From: Octopus bimaculoides
Lineage: Eukaryota
Reading direction: 5' to 3'
DNA length: 35,414 bases
NCBI RefSeq assembly: GCF_001194135.2
Contig: NC_068989.1
Coordinates: 36,636,941-36,672,354 of the forward strand
Made by a program: the position numbers and the translations under genes. The first letter of the stretch is position 1. The number at the start of each line of letters is the position of its first letter. Shown here piece by piece: positions 11,529-20,373 of this stretch. A model generated the notes under the pieces. It worked only from the letters and a program-made list of their open reading frames with translations, ran no database searches and was not told where the DNA came from.

Positions 11529-11589
11529 TTTCTTTTTTCTGTCCAAAAACTTCAGCCCAGCTGCTTCTGTGATACGGTTTATGGCTTCT
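11529..11589 (-). CDS. Shc: Shc coding exon 3 (61 bp, PTB)
   Basis: aacag|A GAA GCC...: (R)EAINRITEAAGLKFLDRKKK vs human REAISLVCEAVPGAKGATRRRK. Donor AAA|GTATGT. Phases 2/0 fit the neighbouring exons. Confidence 0.93.
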
Positions 11590-11956
11590 CTGTTCAATAG
11601 AAAAGTAATAATAATTATATTGAGAATAATATAGAATACAATAATTATAGTAAGAAGAATAATATTGCATTTTGAAGTATCTTGGGAGGGTCACTATGCC
11701 AATAATAAACACACACACACTGGTTCTATTTCACTTTTATAATTATTAATATTTATTATCATTAAGGTTGCGAGCTGGCAAATTCCACTGAGGCTGACTT
11801 TGTCTTTCATCCTTTAGGGGTCAATAAAATAAGTACCTATTGAACACTGGGGGTCAATGTAATCAACTTATCCCCTCCCTCAAACTTGCTGATTTTTGTG
11901 CCAAAATTTGAACCTAATACTTACTATTATTAATATTTATTATTATTAACATTATT

Positions 11957-12177
11957 AATTAGTTAATCATTTAATCAATTAATTAATCAATTATTTGACT
12001 AATCATTTGGTCGGTCAATCAGCCAGCTAGATTTGTCAGACTGGAGTAACAAGTACATGTCACTGATGAGGTTGCGAATGGTGACAAAAGAACTTTAACG
12101 AACCTAGCTGATTGACTGACTGATCAAACAATTAATCAAACAATCGATTAATTAATTGGTTAAATGATTAACTAGTT
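11957..12177. repeat. Fold-back element with ~80-bp imperfect inverted arms; loop contains CTGATGAG
   Basis: Left arm (~11957-12036) ...ttaatcatttaatcaattaattaatcaattatttgact...gctagatttgt is reverse-complementary to the right arm (~12098-12177) acgaacctagc...gattaattaattggttaaatgattaactag. Confidence 0.8.
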
Positions 12178-12399
12178 GACTAATAGTAATAAAAGAAGTG
12201 AAACAGAATCAGTGCATGCGTTTCTTATTTGAACAATGACCCTCCCTTGACAACAAAACCTGTTTCAACAGCCAACTTCACAACAAGAATCATACAAACC
12301 AAGTACAAAAACAAAATAATACTGCATTAATATATCTAAACAAAAAGTGAAGAATGACAAAACATAGGAGATGCAATTACTAAAATATTTTACTTTGTT

Positions 12400-12433
<34 letters not shown>

Positions 12434-12777
12434 ATGTGCATCTGTGTGTATAAATAAATAATTGAAGTTGTAGTTTCATTCCATTATAATTGTGAGTTTC
12501 ACATCAAGTGGTCATCAGATGACTAAACAGTGTCCAAACTATATTTGTACAAGATCATTTATTGTGTGTAACTATGGCATTGTCTAATAGGGATGAAATT
12601 TAAAGCAGCGACAAAAAAATAAAAAACGGCAAAAAAATGCTGCAAAAGTGTTGAACTAAGGCAACTTCATACAGATGCAACATAAACCAACATGAACAAA
12701 CAAGTATTATATCATTGGAAACTTATCTAAATTTAAAAAATGAAAAAAAAAAAGTATCATAAGCATATTGAATAATG

Positions 12778-13000
12778 AAAGCATGTGGCTCAGTGGTTAG
12801 AGTGACAAGTTCACAATCATAAGATTGTGAGTTCAATTTCTGGACTGGGTGGCATATCTGTGTCCTTTAAGGAACTTTATTTCATGTTGTCCAGCCTACT
12901 AAGATGTAAATGAGTATCAGCTGACTGCTGGGGGCAGCCCTGTCTCTTTCCAGCTGTTACAGGCTCGATATTCCAGTGTCATGGGTAGAAAGGCTGTGTT
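12778..13000 (+). mobile_element. tRNA-derived SINE (separate family), diverged
   Basis: gtggctcagtggttagag (A box), gtgagttcaatttc (B box), then gtgtcctt...aaatgagta central domain. Confidence 0.65.
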
Positions 13001-13092
13001 TGTGTCATCTGACTACATAACTAAACAGGCACCTCAAACAATTAGCAAAAGCATGGCACAGGCAACCTTGGCACATTTTGTGAGTGACAACT

Positions 13093-13096
<4 letters not shown>

Positions 13097-13133
<37 letters not shown>
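13097..13133. repeat. T37 homopolymer (A37 on the Shc sense strand)
   Basis: Directly visible run. Confidence 0.95.
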
Positions 13134-13232
13134 CATTTTTGATAAATGATTATGAGAGTAACACTAATATCAATATTTATTAGTGACAGTGGCAGCAATA
13201 ATATCAAGAGGTAATATTTATCCTCACTTAAA

Positions 13233-13423
13233 TGCGGATGTTTTGTTAGAACAAGCTATACTGTGGTAGATACCACGAGCGACACTCTCATATTGGCTTT
13301 TGGTGCAAAATACACTCTCCCTGCTAGCGTTAGAAACAAGAGTGCATTTTGCACCAAAGCCAATATGAGAGTGTCTCTCATGGTTATTACTGCAGTATAG
13401 CTTGTTCTAACAGAATATTCGTA
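13233..13423. mobile_element. Palindromic MITE (likely TA-target, Tc1/mariner type)
   Basis: Arms of ~85 bp (gttagaacaagctatactg...acactctcatattggcttttggtgcaaaatacactct / agagtgcattttgcaccaaagccaatatgagagtgt...cagtatagcttgttctaac) around a ~20-nt spacer. Right end CG-TA. Confidence 0.75.
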
Positions 13424-13649
13424 ACCCTTTTGTTATCATATTTATATTGAAACATACAGCCTTTGTTCCATTTAATTTGAAAATAATGTCGAGTTTATTG
13501 AAATAACTTTGTTATCATTAAGCTGGTGTCTGGAACATAAATTATCTTGAAATTTTGGTGCAAGATTTTAATTTAGAATGCTTTAGAACAAGAAATTTGT
13601 AATATTGAACCAAAGGCAGTTTCAGGCAAGTTGGTATCAAAAGGGTTAA
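13422..13649. mobile_element. TTAA-flanked MITE (piggyBac-like CCC...GGG termini)
   Basis: Begins taacccttttg, ends caaaagggttaa. A related diverged copy lies at about 32930-33112. Confidence 0.65.
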
Positions 13650-13682
13650 GTTGGGATAAATAGTACTTCTCTCTCATATCAA

Positions 13683-14116
13683 TGGTGATGATGTTGGTGA
13701 TGGTGATGATGATGATGTTGGTGGTAATGATGAGTGGTGATGGTGATGATGATGATGTTGGTGGTAATGATGAGTGGTGATGCTGTTATCACTGGTGATG
13801 ATGATGGTGATGGTAACATTGGCAGTAGTGGTGATAATGATGATAGTGGTGGAGGTGATGATGTTGTTGGTGGTGGTGATGGTGATGATGATGATAGTTG
13901 TGGAGGTGATGATGGTGGCTGTAGTGATAATGATATCGGAGTATGGGGATGATGTCAGTAGTAGTGATGTTGGAGGTGTGATGGTGTTGGTGAAAGTGGT
14001 GGTGATGATGATAGCAGTGGTGGTGATAATGATGATAGTGGTGGAGGTGATGATGATGATAGTGATGTTGAGATGGTGGCAGTGGTGAAGGTGATGTTAC
14101 TGATGGTGATGATGAT
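13683..14116. repeat. Degenerate (GAT/GGT)n trinucleotide tract with an exact 40-bp tandem duplication
   Basis: 13701-13740 is identical to 13741-13780. Source of the spurious Met/Val-, Asp/Gly- and His-rich ORFs. Confidence 0.95.
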
Positions 14117-14154
14117 TTCACTTTAAAAATGAAGAGAAAATATAGCTCGGTCAC

Positions 14155-14225
14155 CTTGCTAGGTTTGTTCTCGTTTCAAAGTCTAATGTTCTCATAGACT
14201 CTTTTACTTCCAGACATCCTAAATA
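14155..14225 (-). CDS. Shc: Shc coding exon 2 (71 bp, PTB)
   Basis: Pyrimidine tract + ttag|TAT TTA GGA...: YLGCLEVKESMRTLDFETRTNLA(R) vs human [24 protein letters not shown]. Phase-2 donor AG|GTGACC. Not in the ORF track. Confidence 0.95.
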
Positions 14226-15540
14226 CTAATTAAAAGAAAAGGAAAAACAAAGTTAAAAAATGGACAAAAAACAAAAACAAACAAACAAAAAAACAGTTTC
14301 AGTACAACTTGTCTTCAACTACAAGCAATTTTTTTGAATTACAAGACACTTTGGGTACCTTGCTTCCATCAATGTATCTCGGAGAGAAGGTGGAGGGAGA
14401 GAAGAGGAGGGAGAAAGAAAGCTGATGGAGGAGAGAGTGGGGGAAGGAGAGATGCAGAGAGAAAGAGAGATAGTTCAGTGTGAATGTTTACGTTTTGATT
14501 GACATTGTTAGGTATGTGTGAGAGGTCAGATTTGGCCAGTTTGAACATAAAACAGGTAGAAAAATTTTGGGCCAGATCTGACTGGTTTAAATGCTAAGGG
14601 ATTAAAGACAGATTTTCCCCACAACAAGAATTGAAATCCGGCCAGCTCAGCAACCAAAGTACTTGTCAATCGTAATGTATTACTCTAAAGGAAAACAAGG
14701 AATTATACAACTCATGGCAATCAACTTAGAGAAAGGCTGAACCAGCTCAACAAGCTAGAAATAGCAGCCAAATATTCAATACATGGCTGACATTTTAAAC
14801 GAGGAGTGAGCAGAGCAGCTAATCTTAGTTCTAGATACACCTAAAAGATGAGATGATCATGGTTGGAATGCTTTTCATCCTAAATCTAGAATGTAGATTG
14901 TCAAGTTTTATAATTTGCTTATTTCATAAGCACCAGTATAGGAACAAGGATCAAATAACTGTAAACTGTGAACTTCTCTCTTGCAATGGAATCAATTGTG
15001 TGTCCCTGTTTATTTTAATCGCAATATATATATATATAAAAGAAAAAAAAAAGCCGGATGAGTTCACATAAAACTCACACATGCCATGTGATTGACAGTT
15101 TTTAATTATTTAAATATACAGCATTTGTTATATATTGATTAGTTCAATACACAATATAGATGAAAGAATCTATATACTATATGGCTTTTAGTGCAACATT
15201 CTACAATTTCATCAAATGTTAAGTGAAGTAATTAATTAAGTATATGGGTAGGCATGGCCATTTAGTTAAAAATTTGCACCACAATCACATGGCTTTGGGT
15301 TTGATAGCAATGCATGCCACTGCCTAGAGAAAATGTCTTCTACTGTGGCTAAAGGTTGATCATTACTTTGGGGATGTTATTTTGTAGGCTGAAAGTCTGA
15401 AGAATAACAACACAGGCAATGTGGGAATGTGTCTGTATATACACGCATTTGTACCTGTGTATGCATTGAGTTGTGTCCCTTTATGTCAAAAACAAAAAAC
15501 AAAAAAAAGAATGACTTAAATAGTTGGTTGTGTGGTAAAT

Positions 15541-15718
15541 GTAGGCATGGCTGTATAGTTAAGAAGCTGACTTTGCAACCACGTGGTTTTTGGGTTCAGT
15601 CACACTGCACAACGCCCTGGGAAAGTGTCTCCTACTATAGCCTAGGCCACTCAAAGCCCTGTAAGCAAATTTGGTAGACAGAAACTGTGTGGAAGCCTGC
15701 CCTGCATATATATCTATA

Positions 15719-15751
<33 letters not shown>

Positions 15752-15950
15752 ATGTTTGTTTTTAACATCACTTGAAAACCAGTGTTGGTTTGTTTATATC
15801 CCCATAACTTAGTGGTTCAGCAAATGAGACTGATAGAACGAATAGCGGACTTTAAAAGAAAAACAAGTACTGGAGTCAATTTATTTGACTAAAACCCTTC
15901 ATAGCAGTGCCCCAGCATGGTCAAAGTCCAATGACTGTAAAAGATAAAAG
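15541..15950 (+). mobile_element. Family A SINE, full copy, followed by a second tail fragment (~15960-16060)
   Basis: Same head/(GT)n/tail organisation as 855-1272. Confidence 0.8.
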
Positions 15951-16154
15951 TTGGAAATAAGTACCAATGAATAAGTACTGGGCTGAGATAATTGACTAAT
16001 ACACATCAAGGTGGTGCTCCAGCATGGCTGTCATCCAATGATTGAAACCAGTTAAAAGTTTCGTTGTTATGAGGACACACACACACACAAAATGAGGGGA
16101 AAAAAAAAAAGGAAAGACATATAAAGAAGTTGTCATGTTACAAAACTTACTCAC

Positions 16155-16304
16155 CCGTACACCATAACAGACTCCAGCATCCGAACACAGTTGTTCATCT
16201 CTGTGTAGCCACCCATCTTCAGGTTTGTTCATGAAGCTGTTGGTTCGGTTCCAGTCATTGTTGTTGCCAAATATTTTATTTCCTTTCTTCCACTGGCGTT
16301 CCAT
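16155..16304 (-). CDS. Shc: Shc adaptor, first coding exon (N-terminus and start of PTB domain)
   Basis: Minus strand reads MERQWKKGNKIFGNNNDWNRTNSFMNKPEDGWLHRDEQLCSDAGVCYGVR, matching Shc p52 WTRHGSFVNKPTRGWLHP...GVSYLVR. ATG in strong context (acaATGg), in-frame TGA upstream, phase-0 donor CGG|GTGAGT. Confidence 0.92.
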
Positions 16305-17389
16305 TGTACAACTATAAGTTACTTCTCAATAAGTCTGAAAACAATGTAAATGGAAATAATAATAGAAGTAAATTGAAAACTGAAACCCATCATCAACATC
16401 ATCACTATTATGTTATATCCATTTTCTATGCTTGTGTGGATGGATGAGTTATCCTATTAGGAGCCATAGGCAGTTGCTCATGTGTCATTTGGCTTGGTTT
16501 CTGTAGCTGGATGCCTTTCCTACTACCAAATACTTTATCAAGTGTAGTGAGTGCATTTTATTGTGGCGCCAATACAAGAGAAGTTGAATGACCCTCAGCA
16601 AGACAGGATTAGAAGGGCGTCACAGATCTACACTTTGTCTCTTCATTAGTCAACCACATTACAGTGTCAACAGTAGGTGGGGAGTCTTGTATACAGTAAA
16701 TATAAACAGAGAATATTAAGTAAACAAAAGCATATAGATCAGAGTAGGAAGGAACGCTGATAACAGAAAGGCTAGAACTGGGTAGTTGAGAGGAGGGGAT
16801 TGGAATATAAACAAGTGTTAAGACTACTCAATAGCCTAGTATATATATGCTTACTCAGAAGTTTAAGGAGAAGAAAAAGGGGAAAAGGAGGAGGAGAAGA
16901 AGGAAGAGGACCAGAATGGATGAGAAGGTGAAATGAGTGAGAGTATGATAGGAAGAAGGTAGGGGTATGAAAGAAGTGTCAAGAAGGGAGTGATTCGTAA
17001 TGAAAGGGTTGGTCAAAGGTAAGGAAGAGATGATGAAAAGAGCAAGAGTATGATGGGTAAAGGCAGAGGTGGTGGTGGTGGGGATGGTGCCAAATGGTTA
17101 AAAAGTTAAATTCCTTGCTCATTAATGACAAGATCAAACTTCACTATGGGTATTGCACTACAGTTGTAATGTGGGCCAAGTTAATAGGGAACCAACTCAC
17201 CAACCAAAGGGTTGATGTACCATTCTCTGATTCAAACAACTATACTTTGCTGCTTAATCTTCCAGTTTATCATAATATCTAAATAGATATTATGAGAATG
17301 TCTAGTTGACTACTGGGTACACTGTATCAATGGTGCCTTTTTAACTTGCTGTTACAGTGCTGGACTTATACTCTATCATGCATCTTTCC

Positions 17390-17590
17390 TTAACCCTTTA
17401 TTGTTCAGATTACTCCGTCAAATGTAATGCTTATTCATTCACATTGTTTTGAATTAACCATGCTTTGTCTCATAGCTTTGAGATTTTGATGATGTAACTG
17501 CTTATTTTTTACAATGACACTAAGTTAGATATGGTAAGCTAGATCTGGTCAGTTTGAACATAAAACAGGTAGAATATCTTGACCAGACAT
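17390..17590. mobile_element. Truncated inverted copy of the 17820-18041 MITE
   Basis: ttaaccctttattgttcag...gtcaaatgtaatg...gatctggtcagtttgaacataaaacaggtaga is reverse-complementary to the 17820-18041 element. Confidence 0.7.
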
Positions 17591-17819
17591 GATGAAAGAC
17601 ATTCCAATCATGACCATCTTGTCTTTTTATGGAATATCTAAAGGACTTCATTATCTAATGGAGATAGATTTGGCTATTATTTCTAACAAGTTGAATAGTC
17701 ACATAAATGTTTCTGCATTGGGTCATTAGTGCTAAAGTGTTTAATGTTGGTGAAGGAGTTTACTCATGGGAATTTACTCATAATTGCTCGTGAAAATATA
17801 AATCTTATAACTTAACCAA

Positions 17820-18041
17820 CCCTTTAGCATTTAAACTGGTCATATCCAGCTGAAATAATCTACCTGTTTCATCTTCAAACTGGCCAGATCTGGTCTCCCA
17901 CACTTACCCTAAAATATTATTCTAAAAATACACATTCACATCATTAAAATTTCAAAGCTACAAAGTAATGCATGACTAAATTTTTTTATCAATGTGAATA
18001 AATAACATTACATTTGACAGAATTAGCTGAATGCTAAAGGG
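17820..18041. mobile_element. TTAA-type MITE, second family
   Basis: TIRs ccctttagcatt / aatgctaaaggg followed by ttaa. An opposite-orientation copy lies at 17390-~17590 and a partial copy at ~14470-14605. Confidence 0.7.
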
Positions 18042-18615
18042 TTAAATTATAGATAAATATAAAAATGTAAAATGAAAATATAACGAGAAATCTAAGAGAT
18101 ACCTGTTTGTGCTGTAAAGTATGGAAGAATAAAGTGATAGTGATGTGGCTGAAATGCTAGTGTCCTGCTAACTAAATAACTGAGGGATATATATACTCCT
18201 CATCCTGTAAAATCTCCTAGCTTCTCATTTATGACTCACTCATGTTCATGAACAATGAAATGATGCTGCCAGATGTTACAATAAACAATATATGCGATAT
18301 TTTAAATGAAGGTAGTTGCTTGACCTGCTAGAAATAGCGGTCTAATTTGACTTGAAACGCATCATGTGATCTTAAAACTGAAAGGATAGATTAAATAATC
18401 TAGTCTTAGACACCCCTAAAAAGATCAGATAACTTCCAGAATATATATCACAGGTCTGGTTGAACAGAGTTGATTCTGGGTTTAAATAACTACAACATGA
18501 GTTTCAACATTGTTTATTAACAAATTTAAAGAAAAAAAAATAAAAACATCAAATTACATCGGCATAAAGACCAACATTCCACATCTTATGTGTTTTTTCT
18601 GTGAAAGGTTTTAGG

Positions 18616-18700
18616 TCTTCAGTTATCGGGCCATTCACTGGCCCGATAACTGAAGAGATGGCGGCGTTTCCGCCCCGACATCCGAACTCAGAGTTTTATC
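18616..18700 (+). ncRNA. Perfect 18-bp hairpin overlapping a degenerate hammerhead-like motif (probable PLE-end fragment)
   Basis: TCTTCAGTTATCGGGCCA-ttcac-TGGCCCGATAACTGAAGA. CTGAAGA core at 18650-18656, GATG..GGCGG/CCGCC..CATC stem II, GAACTCAGAGT (one A short), GATAA/TTATC stem I. Locally CpG-rich. Confidence 0.5.
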
Positions 18701-20066
18701 ATGGCTACCGAATAATTGTCACATATTATATTTATAGATANNNNNNNNNNNNNNNNNNNNNNNNNNNNNNNNNNNNNNNNNNNNNNNNNNNNNNNNNNNN
18801 NNNNNNNNNNNNNNNNNNNNNNNNNNNNNNNNNNNNNNNNTGTGTGTGTGTGTGAATAAGAGTGTGTGTGTGTCTTTGTGTTTGTCATCTCCCAGCACCA
18901 CTTGGTGTGTTTATGTCCCCATAAGTTAGAAGTTTGGCAAAAGAGGCTGATAGAATAAGTACCAGGCTTAAAAACAAAAGTCCTGGGGTCAATTCATTGA
19001 GCTAAAAAATTCTGCAAGGTGGTGCCTCAGCATGGGTGCAATCTATCGACTGAAACAAGAAAAATATAAAAGATAATATTTAGAGTGGGGTCATTCTGCT
19101 TTCAAATAGAATCACTTGGAATTTTGTATTCAAAGAATAGTTCAGCATCTATTTTCTATATTTTCTGATTTTAAGATGATATGGTGTGATTAGAGGCACA
19201 GGTGTGACTGAGAAGCTTGCTTTCCAACCATGTGGTCTTGGGTTTAGTCCCACTGCATGGCACCTTCAGTTTTCTATTATGATCCTGAGCTGACCAAACC
19301 CTTGCGAGAGGATTTTGTAGATGGAAACTGGAAGATGACTGTCGTGTATGTATGAGCCTTACAAAAGAGATGCCTAAGGACTGAGATATCTGGTGCACTA
19401 CCGTACTAAAGAAGAGGCATCCACCATAGCAGAATCGATGATACTGGTGCCATGTTAAAAGTATTGGTGCTTGTGCCACATAAAAACCACCCAGTGCACT
19501 CTGTGAAGTGGTTGGCATTAGGAAGGGCATCCAGCTGTAGAAAGCCTGAACAGACAATGGAACCTGTCCAACCCATGCCAGCTTGGAAAATGGATGTTAA
19601 ATGATGATAATGATGATGAATGTATATCTGCATGTATGTATGTGTTTATGCATACTCTTGTCTTATCACGTGATAATTGTATATGAGCATCACCATCATA
19701 CAAGTGATGTTATTCACTTTCATTCTTCAGTGAAAAACACATTTGGCCATACATAGGGCAATATTGCCTCGGCTGAAAACAGGTGAGGGCTAGCAACAGG
19801 AAAAGCATCAGGCTGTAGAAAAGCTGCCTCCACAAATTCCATCTGACCCATGCAAATATGGAAAAGTGGATATTAAATGAGGATGATGATAATGATATGA
19901 CTATCCTTAAATCATTGCCAAAATCACAACAAATCTCTATTTACTATTTGCTCCATAGACAACATTGATATTAAAGAAAAAGAAAAAAGAAAAACAAAAG
20001 TAAAAACAAAAACGAAACAAAACAAAAAGAACACACTTTCCCTTCCAGTTGTTTCTAATATATACT

Positions 20067-20373
20067 CATTGGCAGACTGGCCAGGTTGCTAGCTTGCCCA
20101 ATGGCAAGTGGGCCCCTGCATCATTAGAATCCATATACGGGGGGGGGGGGGGCCCATGTTAGTATCTAAAGGACCCATCCCCTTAGGTTTGAGAATTTTT
20201 TATTCACTCCTGGGAGAATGCATTATTTTAGCCTGGTTGTGTTTGTAGACAGTTGAAAAGAATACTTTTAACAAAAAAAAAAAAAAGAAAAAAATTAAAT
20301 GATAGCATTGTAGTTGCGGGTGGGCCCCTTTAGTTTTCTGACAACCAATATTTTTAGACCCAGTCAGCCACTG
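20067..20373. mobile_element. hAT-type MITE with perfect 8-bp TSD
   Basis: TIRs cattggcagactgg / ccagtcagccactg. TSD tatatact at 20059-20066 and 20374-20381. Internal G14 run at 20139-20152. Confidence 0.85.

Noticed and set aside
13734-14154. His-rich, Met/Val-rich and Asp/Gly-rich ORFs (similarly the THTH/HSHT ORFs at 888-1351 and 8200-8672)
   Set aside because: Translations of stop-free microsatellites inside Shc introns, with no splice or homology support.
15996-16154. Read-through part of the 102-aa ORF beyond GVR
   Set aside because: Shc similarity stops at a canonical GTGAGT donor; the remainder is intron and SINE tail.
16870-17090. Purine-rich tracts (also 14389-14470; pyrimidine tract 2530-2700)
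   Set aside because: Low-complexity GA/CT sequence typical of this genome, without mirror symmetry or other distinguishing structure.
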